The notes: a model not told the origin generated them from the letters alone. A stretch of DNA of 64,000 bases from Candidatus Nanohaloarchaea archaeon (GCA_042218325.1 JBDGRE010000010.1:1-64000), one strand, 5' to 3'; counted from the stretch's first letter, positions 8,427 to 17,999 are shown. Translations and numbers: made by a program.

Positions 8427-8807
8427 CTACTTCAGGCCGTGGCTGTTCTGGACTTCCAGCTTCTTCTTGCTGCGGATTATCACGGTCTCCGCGTCTGTCT
8501 CGTCCAGCCGCTCCCGCAGTTCTCTGTCGTTGGTGGCGATGACGTACTCGTCGCTGAGCTTCACGAGCAGATCATCGACGCTACCCTCGCCCTCCGTTTT
8601 GAGGACTTCGATGTCCTGGGTCTCCAGCAGTTTCTCCACCAGCGCGCGGTACTTCCCGGACTCGATGCTCTTCGCCTCCTGCACCGCATCATCCAGCGTG
8701 TATATCTCCGCATCCGGATACAGTTCTTCGAGCTGCTCGAAAAGGTCGAGCGAGAGCTGGAAAGGCGCCACCAGGAAGTTCGTGTCGAGAATCACTTTCT
8801 TCCTCAC
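8427..8807 (-). CDS. PIN-domain nuclease (Fcf1/Utp24-like)
   Basis: VILDTNFL, VDD, IATNDRELR; GTG at 8807 overlaps the upstream stop (GTGA). Confidence 0.88.
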   Translation of the reverse strand: MRKKVILDTNFLVAPFQLSLDLFEQLEELYPDAEIYTLDDAVQEAKSIESGKYRALVEKLLETQDIEVLKTEGEGSVDDLLVKLSDEYVIATNDRELRERLDETDAETVIIRSKKKLEVQNSHGLK

Positions 8808-10024
8808 TCCGGCCACCTCTCTTCGAACAGCTCCTCCGGTTCTATGTCCGGCTTCCGGAACATGCCGCCGGCCTCGGCCTCTTCCGCGAACTTTTCGGCC
8901 CACTCCGGGTTGAGCTTACCCATCAGCAGCGGCCATCTCTCGCCCTCGTAATCCTGCCATTCACGGTACCCGTTCTGGTAGATATGGTGTCTCAGCGCCT
9001 TCCGGTTCCTCGCGACCAGGTAGAAGCTCCGGTCGACACTACCGCCGAGCTCTATGAGCTCCTCGACGATATCCTGGAACTCACCCCGGTAGTCGTCGCT
9101 CTGCGCGATCCGGTACGCTGCTACAAGGCGCAGGTGGTAGTCGAAGTCCTGTCTCTCGAACGCCGCACCCGTTTTCCGCTCCCGGTACAGTGCGCCGCCC
9201 TCCTCAGTTGTCGTATAGAAAGGTGTGTGGACACCGGGCAGGTCCGGGAACTCGTTCCCCCCGGCCTTGAAACCGTTGTGCGCGCGGACGACGTGAAAGG
9301 TCTCGTGGATGGTGAGCATCCGTGCCTCCTCCTCCGAGTACTTCCTCTCCTCGTCGCGGCCTCTCGCCACCACCAGCGTCCGTTCCTCCGGTATGTTGAA
9401 GCAGCCCTTCACGTCCCGCACCTCGACGCTGTAGTCGATCCCCAGCCCTTCGAGTTCCTCGCGGAACATCTCCGCGAGCTGCTCCGCATCGGCCGTTTTC
9501 TGCTCTTCTACCGGGTCCAGCTCCTCCAGCCTCTCTATGGATTCCTGCAGCACTTCCTCACCGGGTAAAGGCCATATCTCCCGGGAGCACTTTTTCCAGG
9601 AGTCCTCGTCCTCTATGTTCGCCCCCAGCCGCGTGTAAAGCTTCAGCTCCGTGAAGATCTCCTGGAAGAACTGCTGCATATCCACAGGTTTCAAAGTCTC
9701 CGCGCCGTACCGGTCGAGGTGTATCTTTTCTATCCGTCCCGACGCCTCGATGCACTGGTCGAGAACGCCGAGCAGCTTCTCCTCGCTGTGCGGAAACTCG
9801 CTGAACTCGAACTTCGGCCGGAACTCCTCTCCTTCCCTGTATGCCTCCTTGAAGCGCTTTCTTTCCTCGCCACGATTCTCTATGGTTATGTTCTTTATCC
9901 AGGAAGTCCTGTCGACCAGCTTTCTGGCCGCGTCCGAGAGCTGCTGCACAAGGTGTTCCTGGTCGAAATCCAGCTCAGGTTCCGGTGTTTCTTCGAGTTT
10001 TTCTATCTGCTTGGCGGGTTCCAT
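8804..10024 (-). CDS. DUF1704/MATCAP-like zinc metallocarboxypeptidase
   Basis: IHETFHVVRAHNG (HExxH) plus downstream TEEGGALYRE; IYQNGY and LLMGKL near the C-terminus; likely ATG at 10024. Confidence 0.75.
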   Translation of the reverse strand: MEPAKQIEKLEETPEPELDFDQEHLVQQLSDAARKLVDRTSWIKNITIENRGEERKRFKEAYREGEEFRPKFEFSEFPHSEEKLLGVLDQCIEASGRIEKIHLDRYGAETLKPVDMQQFFQEIFTELKLYTRLGANIEDEDSWKKCSREIWPLPGEEVLQESIERLEELDPVEEQKTADAEQLAEMFREELEGLGIDYSVEVRDVKGCFNIPEERTLVVARGRDEERKYSEEEARMLTIHETFHVVRAHNGFKAGGNEFPDLPGVHTPFYTTTEEGGALYRERKTGAAFERQDFDYHLRLVAAYRIAQSDDYRGEFQDIVEELIELGGSVDRSFYLVARNRKALRHHIYQNGYREWQDYEGERWPLLMGKLNPEWAEKFAEEAEAGGMFRKPDIEPEELFEERWPE

Positions 10025-10070
10025 GGCTTTAAGAAGAGGTATAAAGCCGTAACTGTTTAAATCCAACATC
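10025..10070. promoter_or_regulatory. Divergent promoter pair in a 46-bp gap
   Basis: TATAAA 10040-10045 (+) about 30 nt before ATG 10071; TTTAAA 10055-10060 (-) about 30-35 nt before ATG 10024. Confidence 0.6.
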
Positions 10071-11000
10071 ATGATGGTCTCGATAGCAGTCCTCTGGGAC
10101 AGCGTCACCTGGGAAGGCAACGAACCCAGTGAATACGAACCTGTCAACCCGGCCTACAGGGTTTTCAGCCAGCTGGCCCGCGAGAAAGGTGGCAGGGTAT
10201 ACATGGCTCACTACAGCTGGTACCGGGATGGCGCTCTCGATAGAGCGTTCTGCTTCAGGGATGGCGAGTGGCGCAGGGTCGAGGAAGTCGATGTCGACGT
10301 AGTGTTCGACAAGTCGGACATGAGTGAAGACTCGCGGGAGGTAAAGAAACGTGTTTCTGAGGAGCTACCTGTGATAAACGACTACCGGCTGCAGGAGCTC
10401 GTGAACGACAAGCTCGAGAGCTACAGGAGTTTCCCGGATCACATCCCGGAGACCCGGGAGGCGGACAGGGAGGACGTGGAAGAGATGCTCGACGATTACG
10501 GCCGCGTGGTCCTCAAGCCGCGATCCGATTACGGGGGGACCGGTGTCGAGGTCATAAACAGCATCGACGATTTTGAGCCGCGGGAAGGATTGCTGGTCCA
10601 GAGGTTCGTGGACCCGACCGAAGGCCTTCCAGGCTTCGATGTCAGCGGGCCGCACGACCTGCGTATTCAGGTGCTCAGCGGCGATCCTGCAGGAGCGCAG
10701 GTCAGGGTTCCTGAATCAGGGTGGGTCAGCAACGTGCACCGTGGCGGGGAGACTTTCTTCGTCGAACTGGAGGATGTCCCGGACCGGGCGCTGGAGATAG
10801 TCGAGGAGGTCGCGGAAGTACTCTCTGCGCACGACCCGTCTTTCTACTCCGTGGACTTCGTATTCGACAGGGATGGCCGGCCGTGGATACTCGAGTTGAA
10901 CTCCAAGCCGGGGCTGGTTTTCTACGGCAGCGAAGAACTGGAGGAATCCAAGAAGAAGCTGATGGAAAAGGTCGTGGAAGAGCTGGTAGATGCCGTCTAA
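10071..11000 (+). CDS. ATP-grasp peptide ligase (RimK/YheCD-like)
   Basis: NDKLESY, VLKPRSDYGGTGV, LVQRFV, DLRI, SNVHRGG, SVDF, LELNSKPG. Confidence 0.85.
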   Translation: MMVSIAVLWDSVTWEGNEPSEYEPVNPAYRVFSQLAREKGGRVYMAHYSWYRDGALDRAFCFRDGEWRRVEEVDVDVVFDKSDMSEDSREVKKRVSEELPVINDYRLQELVNDKLESYRSFPDHIPETREADREDVEEMLDDYGRVVLKPRSDYGGTGVEVINSIDDFEPREGLLVQRFVDPTEGLPGFDVSGPHDLRIQVLSGDPAGAQVRVPESGWVSNVHRGGETFFVELEDVPDRALEIVEEVAEVLSAHDPSFYSVDFVFDRDGRPWILELNSKPGLVFYGSEELEESKKKLMEKVVEELVDAV

Positions 11001-11869
11001 GATCGCTTCATGGCTTTTTCGTGCATCCGCTCCACGAGCTGCAGGACGACGTCCTGGCCGATTATCTCGTTCATTGTCTCGTTCACGGCGAACGCGCCGT
11101 TGACCTCGATTATGTAGTAGTCGCCATCCACTTCTATCATGTCGCAGCCGCAGATATCGAAGCCCGTGGATCTCGCGGCTCTCAGCGCGATCTGCTCCAT
11201 CTTGTCGTTTACCTCCACGTCGATCCTTTCGCCCCCCGCGGAGATGTTCGAGCGCCAGTCCTCGCCTCCCGAGGTCCTGCCGTACGCGGTCACGTAGTCG
11301 CCTATCACGACCATTCGCGTGTCGCTGCCGCCGTGCTCTATGTACTCCTGGAGGCAGATGTCCTGCTCCAGTGACTTCATCGTATCCATGACCGGCTTCA
11401 GCTCGTTCTCGCTGCCAGCCCGCATGACGCCTGTACCGCCCGCGCCTCTCACAGTCTTCATTATGACCGGGTAGCCCAGTCTCTCCGCGGCGCTGACCGC
11501 CATACCTGGTGACAGGGTGTAGACGGAGTCAGGTACGTTGACTCCGTTCTCCGCGAGCACTTTCATGTTGTAGAACTTGTTTGAGTCGTATGCGAACGTG
11601 TCGTTCTCGGCCTGTGTTACAACGCCCTCGTTGTTCAGCACTTCCACGAGGTGCTCGGCGAATATGGCGTCACGGTCATCTATCCGGACGTAGACCGCAT
11701 CGAACTCTGTCAGGTCGATATCCTTGTAGAGAACTTTCTGTTCCTCCCCGTGGACGTACTTGAGGCCGTCGACCGGGGCCGCGAGCACGGAGTCGAATAT
11801 GTCTTCCGCCCTGTCGATTATCAGCTGGTGCTTTGTCGATATCTCGCCGTAGACTATCGCCAGCTTCAT
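10997..11869 (-). CDS. RimK/LysX-family alpha-L-glutamate ligase
   Basis: YPVIMKTVRGAGGTGVM, LQEYI, DTRMVVIG, WRSNISAGG, CGCDMI, IEVNG. Confidence 0.9.
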   Translation of the reverse strand: MKLAIVYGEISTKHQLIIDRAEDIFDSVLAAPVDGLKYVHGEEQKVLYKDIDLTEFDAVYVRIDDRDAIFAEHLVEVLNNEGVVTQAENDTFAYDSNKFYNMKVLAENGVNVPDSVYTLSPGMAVSAAERLGYPVIMKTVRGAGGTGVMRAGSENELKPVMDTMKSLEQDICLQEYIEHGGSDTRMVVIGDYVTAYGRTSGGEDWRSNISAGGERIDVEVNDKMEQIALRAARSTGFDICGCDMIEVDGDYYIIEVNGAFAVNETMNEIIGQDVVLQLVERMHEKAMKRS

Positions 11870-12676
11870 CTACGGGCCCTCCTTTAGGTGGTCTGCTACC
11901 ATCGAGTAAGCGTTTTTGCCGGAGACCTCTGTGTACATCTCAAGGTCAGGGTTGGGATTCAGGTCGAACACCTGTTCACCTCTCATGAGAACCTCGGCGA
12001 CCGGCGCCCCTATCGCGCGGGCTGTCTCCCTGACGGTCTCTTTCTTCTCATCCGATACGTTGGAGTATTTCAGGCTGTCCTTGCTGAAGCGCCAGCCGTC
12101 GGAGCTGTCTTCTATCGATATTATCCGGTCGCCCACTACGAGGCAGCGGTACTTCTCGCCATCCTTCAGCTCGTGGAAGAGCAGGACGTCCTCCTCGTAC
12201 TCGGAGCCCTGCACGAAGTCCTTGACCTCTTCTATCCCGTACATCTTCCTGCTCTCCGTCTCCTCGAGGTCCTCGAATCTCCTGCCGACCGCCGGTAGTT
12301 CCAGTTCCTGCTCTATGTTCCTTGCTGCTTTCTCCGTCGCCACCGCGACGGTCCTGGGGGCGGGAAGCCCTCTCTCGTTCAGGACGTAGTAGAGGTAGTT
12401 CTTCTTCGACATCACGAAGAACGCGGTGGACGGGTAGTTGGTGTGTACGCCGCGCTCCTGCATCGTCTCTATAAGAACCCGGCCGAATATAGCGTTTTTA
12501 GGCGGTAACCGGAGGAAGGCGGCGTCGAACTTCCCTACAGTGTCCTCGTCGGCCCGTACATCTGCTTTACCTTCGATTATCTCGGGTGAGAGGTTGTCTA
12601 TATCTTTATGTTCGACTTCCTCGAAGAACTCCTCGAACTCCGGTACATGGCTTTCAGCTGCTATCAGGAGCCTCAT
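11870..12676 (-). CDS. Degenerate RimK-like ATP-grasp protein (probably non-catalytic)
   Basis: Same fold pattern (GLPAPRT, YRCLVVGD, DLNPNP) but lacks the K-P..G..G.GV loop and the SN...GG motif. Confidence 0.7.
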   Translation of the reverse strand: MRLLIAAESHVPEFEEFFEEVEHKDIDNLSPEIIEGKADVRADEDTVGKFDAAFLRLPPKNAIFGRVLIETMQERGVHTNYPSTAFFVMSKKNYLYYVLNERGLPAPRTVAVATEKAARNIEQELELPAVGRRFEDLEETESRKMYGIEEVKDFVQGSEYEEDVLLFHELKDGEKYRCLVVGDRIISIEDSSDGWRFSKDSLKYSNVSDEKKETVRETARAIGAPVAEVLMRGEQVFDLNPNPDLEMYTEVSGKNAYSMVADHLKEGP

Positions 12677-14195
12677 CTTCTTCCTCCCCCTCCGGGTTCC
12701 AGAGCCTCGTGACCCTTTCGCCCGACCTCCAGTTCTCCATGTAGCTCTCCAGCGGTTCAGGCATCGCTTTCGTAAGCAGTCTTCCCTGCCGCAGTATCTT
12801 CCTGAGCCGGGTCTCCAGCGTCTTCGACAGTTCGTCGTAGTAAGTCTTCTCCGAGTACATGAGCTCGTTCTTCAGCCTCCAGTGGGCGGTGGTCCCTTCC
12901 GGCGCGATGACCATGTAACCGCCGTCAGGCAGCTTGTCCATGGCCTCGTAAAGGTCCTTCTGGTCGACGTAGTAGACGCCTCCCATCCTCCGGTTAGGAT
13001 CTATCACCAGTACCTCTTCTCCCTCCATGCCGACCGCGAGCACGTAGTTACCTTCCTCGGCCTCCGGGAACAGCTGTGACTTGTCGAAGTAAGGTATCGC
13101 GACCGCGCCGTCGTTGAACCAGGCCTTCAGCTCGTCGCCGAGCTCTGTTATCTTCTCTATCTCGACGAAGCCGGCTCTCGCGTCTTCCTCTGTCAGCTCC
13201 TCGACCGCCGCCATCAGCTCCGCGGGTTCTGTACCTTCTTCTGTAGTCCCTGCCTTCTCGCCGATCTCATCTTGATCGTACCGGTAGCCGAGGATGTCGA
13301 GAGCCATCTCGACCGAGGCAGGTCCGCAGTAGGACGGCTGCTGCGCAACGAAATGCTTCTTTATATCCTCGAGAGTGTCGATATCGCTCTTCGTCCTCTT
13401 GAACTTGACCTGTGAGTCCATGACCTCACTGTTCGGTGTGAGCAGGGTGTATCCGGTATCTGTTTCCACGGTAGTGCTGAAAAGAGAGATGTTCCTTATC
13501 TCGCCCTTGTCTTCCTCAAGCCTTACCTCTTCTCCCGGCCGGACAAGCCGCGAGTTCTTGAGGTATATGCCGGCCGCGAAGTTCTGGAACAGGTCCTTGA
13601 AGCCGTAGAAAAGAAGGCCTGCTACGAGGAACGCGGCAGCCCACGAGGAAGCGGTGACGAGCTGGTCGACGAACGTCTCCCCTATACCGAGCTGTCCCAG
13701 GGCTATCTGCAGCAGCAGTAGGTACAGGAAAGCCTTGAAAAGGCCGGCCGTGACCTCGAGTGCGCTGCCGGAAAGCCCTATCTCCTGGAAGTAACGTTTG
13801 ACTCCGAGCGCCTCGAGCAGCTCCGCCCCTATCTTTGTCGAAAGGTCGATAGCTATGATGCCCAGTATGCCGACAAGTGCGGCCGAGACCAGCCGGGGAA
13901 GGAACTCCACGAACTCGGTCGTTACCTGGGTGGTGATGCCTGTGTTGAGGTACAGTAGCGCCAGTATGACTACAGCACCGTCAAGCAGGTAGTTGAGGTA
14001 CTGGAGTGCCTCATGTCTCTCCTGTATATCTTTCTTCGAAAGGCCCTGCTTGCCGGATATCCATACTCTTCTCAGGAGCTTGTCGAACAGCTTGACGCCT
14101 ATGTGGCCGAATACAAGTATCAGCAGGGCGAAAAGCACCCTTACAAGGGCGTCCTCACCGCTCGCGGGTGCGAGCAGGGACGAGTTCAGGGCCAT
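12654..14195 (-). CDS. MscS-family channel fused to a C39/papain-like domain
   Basis: Multiple TMs, KDLFQNFAAGIYL..RPGEEV..ISLFSTT..PNS (MscS), then QQPSYCGPAS...GNYVLAVG...VIDP. Confidence 0.82.
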   Translation of the reverse strand: MALNSSLLAPASGEDALVRVLFALLILVFGHIGVKLFDKLLRRVWISGKQGLSKKDIQERHEALQYLNYLLDGAVVILALLYLNTGITTQVTTEFVEFLPRLVSAALVGILGIIAIDLSTKIGAELLEALGVKRYFQEIGLSGSALEVTAGLFKAFLYLLLLQIALGQLGIGETFVDQLVTASSWAAAFLVAGLLFYGFKDLFQNFAAGIYLKNSRLVRPGEEVRLEEDKGEIRNISLFSTTVETDTGYTLLTPNSEVMDSQVKFKRTKSDIDTLEDIKKHFVAQQPSYCGPASVEMALDILGYRYDQDEIGEKAGTTEEGTEPAELMAAVEELTEEDARAGFVEIEKITELGDELKAWFNDGAVAIPYFDKSQLFPEAEEGNYVLAVGMEGEEVLVIDPNRRMGGVYYVDQKDLYEAMDKLPDGGYMVIAPEGTTAHWRLKNELMYSEKTYYDELSKTLETRLRKILRQGRLLTKAMPEPLESYMENWRSGERVTRLWNPEGEEEDEAPDSS

Positions 14196-14235
14196 ACATC
14201 CCCAAGTGAGTCGCGGGTATTAAAAAACCGTGTGC

Positions 14236-15423
14236 TCATTCCAGACCTGTTATCTCTCCTTGACCGATTAAACGCCATCGAGAGCCTATCTGGCGGGAAA
14301 TCGCCACCCGGTCGCCCTCCTCCGCGCATACCGGGACCTTTAACTGGACTCTAACGTTCTCTCCAGCCTGTGTAACTGCTCCAGCGGATTTCTGGGTGCC
14401 GACGTTCAGCATCAGGGTTTCCTTCCCTTTCACGTTCTCTATCTCCTTTTCGTCCTCGGCGCCTACCAGCTGGTCCATCAGTTCGACCTTCATCTCTACG
14501 GTGCTGGTGGACTCGGGCAGCTGGCCCTCGAGCCCCAGAACGTTGCCCGCGAGGCCGTCAGACTTCGCCATGGCGGGGTCAAGATCTGTCTCGACTCCGA
14601 GAAGCCCTCCAGGCCTTCCCTCGTCCACCGGTTTCGATCCTTGCATTATGCCCTCTACCGTTGTCTTGACGGGTTCCCACTCGCCGTTCCTGCGGTTTCC
14701 GGGCCTGAGCTCGATTTCATCGCCTTCTTCGAGTTCGCCCTGGAACAAGCTTCCTCCGACGACTCCGCCGCGGATGTGCTCTGGCGGCGTTCCCGGCTTG
14801 TTTATGTCGAAAGACCGGGCCGCGAGCATCTTCGGCTCCGCGTCCGGGTCCCTGTCGGGAGTCGGGATCTCGCGGTCGATAGCCTCGAGCAGCGCGTCGA
14901 TGTTGACGCCGTGCTGCGCGCTTATCGGGACGATGGGGGCGTCTTCCGCGACGGTGCCCTCCACGAACTCCTTTATCTGCCTGTGGTTCTCCTTTACCTC
15001 TTCCTCGCTGACGAGGTCTATCTTGTTCTGTGCTATGACTATGTTGTCGATGCCAGTTAGGTCGAGCGCGGCGAGGTGCTCCCGGGTCTGGGGCTGTGGA
15101 CATTCTTCATCCGCCGCGATAAGGAGAACGGCGCCGTCCATTATGGCTGCGCCGGATAGCACGTTCGCCATCAGGGTCTCGTGGCCCGGTGCGTCGACGA
15201 GAGAGACTGTGCGTACTTCCTCGCCTTCACCGTCAACGTTGAGCTTCCCGTCGCTGTCGTAGTAAGTCACGTCGGCGTAACCGATACGGATGGTTATGCC
15301 TCGCCGCAGCTCCTCGGAGTGCTCGTCGGTCCATTTGCCGGACAGGGCCTGCGTCAGCGTCGTCTTCCCGTGGTCGACGTGACCTACGAGGCCTATGTTT
15401 GCTTCAGGTATGCCTTCCATCAT
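14236..15423 (-). CDS. eif2g: Translation initiation factor aIF2 gamma
   Basis: GHVDHGKTT, RGITIRIGYA, DAPGHE, QNKID, RSFDINKPG, RWRLIG. Confidence 0.97.
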   Translation of the reverse strand: MMEGIPEANIGLVGHVDHGKTTLTQALSGKWTDEHSEELRRGITIRIGYADVTYYDSDGKLNVDGEGEEVRTVSLVDAPGHETLMANVLSGAAIMDGAVLLIAADEECPQPQTREHLAALDLTGIDNIVIAQNKIDLVSEEEVKENHRQIKEFVEGTVAEDAPIVPISAQHGVNIDALLEAIDREIPTPDRDPDAEPKMLAARSFDINKPGTPPEHIRGGVVGGSLFQGELEEGDEIELRPGNRRNGEWEPVKTTVEGIMQGSKPVDEGRPGGLLGVETDLDPAMAKSDGLAGNVLGLEGQLPESTSTVEMKVELMDQLVGAEDEKEIENVKGKETLMLNVGTQKSAGAVTQAGENVRVQLKVPVCAEEGDRVAISRQIGSRWRLIGQGEITGLE

Positions 15424-15425
15424 TC

Positions 15426-15794
15426 TTAGTCTTCTTCACCGAGGAGTTCTTCCACACTTTTGCTTCCTTCCTCGGCGACTTGGGTGTTCAGCTGCTGGAT
15501 GTCTTCCGAGACAGTGTCGCCGCGGACGGATTTCCTTCTCCTGACTCCGTCCTCGTCCTCTTCGATTCCGGCGCCTTCCATGATCAGGACGCGCCTCCTG
15601 GCGCTGCCATCGATGCTTTCCCTCATGGGGAAGCCGTCGCGGTCGCTGCCGCCGGTGATTTCCAGCGTGTAGCCTTCAAGGCCGATAACCCCGCCCTCGA
15701 ACTCTTCCCCAAGGGTCTTGCCGACGAGCCGGGACGCATCCTCTATTTCGGTTTGAAACGTTTCACCATCTTTTGTTCCGATCGTTACCTGCAT
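15426..15794 (-). CDS. rps6e: 30S ribosomal protein S6e
   Basis: ITGGSDRDGFPM, RRRKSVRG, QLN. Confidence 0.95.
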   Translation of the reverse strand: MQVTIGTKDGETFQTEIEDASRLVGKTLGEEFEGGVIGLEGYTLEITGGSDRDGFPMRESIDGSARRRVLIMEGAGIEEDEDGVRRRKSVRGDTVSEDIQQLNTQVAEEGSKSVEELLGEED

Positions 15795-15902
15795 TAAGAT
15801 TCACCCGCTCAGTTGCCCGAGCATTGCAGTATCTGAAGACAAACTTTTTAACCCGAGAGGTCGCGACGAGCTTTTTATTCCAGCTCGACGCTTCTCAAAA
15901 CT

Positions 15903-17336
15903 ATGAGAACCTCGGTGGTGCTGCAGTTCGTAGGAAGGTTCCTGCAGATATTCTCCGTGACACTGGCGCTGCCGCTTCTCATAGCGATATACTACTCCGA
16001 GTCGCTCCTCGTATCCTCCGGTTTCATCATTGCCTCTCTTTCGGCCATGGTACTCGGTTACGCGGTCAAGATGGCGGGGGATACACATGACCCGACCACA
16101 GAGGAGGCGATGTTCGCGACCGTCCTCGGATGGACGCTGGCGATAGGTTTCGGGGCGATACCACTGATGGTACACATGAACATCTTCGATGCGTTCTTCG
16201 AGAGCGCCGCCGGCCTGACGACCACGGGCATCTCGATGTTCCTGGCACCGGAAAAACTGCCCCGCTCCATACTTTTCTGGCGCTCCTTCATGCAGTGGAT
16301 AGGCGGCCTCGGTATACTCACCTTCTTCATCGCGGTCATCAGGGAATCCGGAGGTGTATCACGGAGGCTGTTCTCTGCCGAGGCGCACAAAACCGATTCC
16401 GGCTCTATAAGACCTTCGCTCACGAAATCTATCATAGCGCTGGCAAAAGTATACGGCTTCCTGACCACAGTTATAGTCGTGGTCTACATGATGCTGGGTG
16501 TCAGCCCCTTCAATGCAGTGCTGCACTCGTTCTCCGCGATATCGACGGGAGGGTTCTCCACGATGGCCGCGAGCATAGGAGGTTTCTCGGTACCTGTCCA
16601 GGCCGCTACTGTTGCCTTCATGTTCATCGGAGGTGTCAACTTCGTGCTGCTCTACCGCGTTCTGAAGGCCGACGTATCCGCGCTTGCTCGTAACTCGGAG
16701 TTCCTGCTGTACTCCAAGATATTCCTGCTCGTCGCTGGCTTCGTCTCGCTCGAGCTGCTGATGAAGGGTTATTCGCCTTTTGACGCCGGACTCGAGGGCC
16801 TTTTCCAGTCTGCAGCCCTGATCTCGTCGACGGGGTACGGCACGATATCTCTGATGGGCTTCTCGGCGGTCATGCAGCTCATCTTCATCGCCGTTATGTT
16901 CGTCGGCGGCTCGCTAGGCTCGACATCTGGAGGCCTGAAGATATTCCGCCTGAAGACGTTGATGGAGCTACTGAGGACGAGGATACGCGCTTACTCGCTT
17001 CCCGAGACCGCGATCAACGAGGTGAAGATAGACGGGCAGATCCTGGAGAGCTCCACGGTCAGGACCATCTCGGTACTGTTCTTCATCTGGGCGGCGTCCA
17101 CGTTCCTGCTCGCCGCGTTCACCATGGCTTTAGAGGGTGTCGGGCTGATGGCCGCCATGTCCGGCAGCGTCTCGGCTATAGGCAATATGGGGCCCGTCTT
17201 CATGGAGGGTGAACGGATGGTGGCTCTGTCACCGCTTGTCAAGGTGGCGTGGATAATAGGGATGCTCGCCGGTCGACTGGAGATGCTGCCGCTGCTGGCA
17301 ATCTTTAATAGCGACCTGTTCAAAGACTTTTCCTGA
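15903..17336 (+). CDS. trkH: Trk potassium uptake membrane protein TrkH
   Basis: FESAAGLTTTG, QWIGGLG, ISTGGF, GGSLGSTSGGLK, GRLE. Confidence 0.95.
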   Translation: MRTSVVLQFVGRFLQIFSVTLALPLLIAIYYSESLLVSSGFIIASLSAMVLGYAVKMAGDTHDPTTEEAMFATVLGWTLAIGFGAIPLMVHMNIFDAFFESAAGLTTTGISMFLAPEKLPRSILFWRSFMQWIGGLGILTFFIAVIRESGGVSRRLFSAEAHKTDSGSIRPSLTKSIIALAKVYGFLTTVIVVVYMMLGVSPFNAVLHSFSAISTGGFSTMAASIGGFSVPVQAATVAFMFIGGVNFVLLYRVLKADVSALARNSEFLLYSKIFLLVAGFVSLELLMKGYSPFDAGLEGLFQSAALISSTGYGTISLMGFSAVMQLIFIAVMFVGGSLGSTSGGLKIFRLKTLMELLRTRIRAYSLPETAINEVKIDGQILESSTVRTISVLFFIWAASTFLLAAFTMALEGVGLMAAMSGSVSAIGNMGPVFMEGERMVALSPLVKVAWIIGMLAGRLEMLPLLAIFNSDLFKDFS

Positions 17337-17339
17337 AGG

Positions 17340-17999
17340 ATGTACGTAGTGATAGCAGGGATAAACACGTTATCCCGCAGGCTCGTAAACCGGCTGGAAG
17401 AAAGGCACGATGTCGTCATAATCGACGCGGACGAGGACAGGTGCAAGCGGCTGTACTCCTCATCCGGGGCGACGGTCATCAACAAGTCTCCCGCCACACT
17501 ATCTGCGCTCGAGGATGCGGGTATCACCGAGGCAGACGTGCTGATATCGACGTCGAAGGACGACAACGAGAACATGGTGATATGCTCTCTCGGCAAGAAG
17601 TACGGTGTCCCTAAAGTGGTCGCGCGGGTCGAGGACGACGAGTACTACGACGCTTTCCAGGTCATCGGCGCGGAAACCATCGGCCACACAGACATCCTGA
17701 TATCAGAGTTTCTATCTGCCGTGGAGCATCCGTACCTCGTGAAGCTCGCCAACCTCGAGAACGACCGCGAAGTCCTCAAGGCGTCGATCAACGAGGATTC
17801 CGACCTGATAGGCTCTACAGTCAAGGAGCTGCAGCAGGACGAAGAGTTCCCGGACAGGTTCAAGGTCTCGGCGGTAGTCCAGCCGGACAAGGTGCTGACG
17901 GGCGACATGAACATCCGCATAGATGAGGACGACCAGCTCGTCCTGATAGGCCCGGAGGAATCCAAGCCACAGCTCGACAACTTCTTCCAGAAACAGTGA
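17340..17999 (+). CDS. trkA: TrkA-type RCK regulatory subunit
   Basis: Rossmann-like N-terminus, LEDAGITEADV, DDNENM; adjacent to trkH. Confidence 0.9.
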   Translation: MYVVIAGINTLSRRLVNRLEERHDVVIIDADEDRCKRLYSSSGATVINKSPATLSALEDAGITEADVLISTSKDDNENMVICSLGKKYGVPKVVARVEDDEYYDAFQVIGAETIGHTDILISEFLSAVEHPYLVKLANLENDREVLKASINEDSDLIGSTVKELQQDEEFPDRFKVSAVVQPDKVLTGDMNIRIDEDDQLVLIGPEESKPQLDNFFQKQ

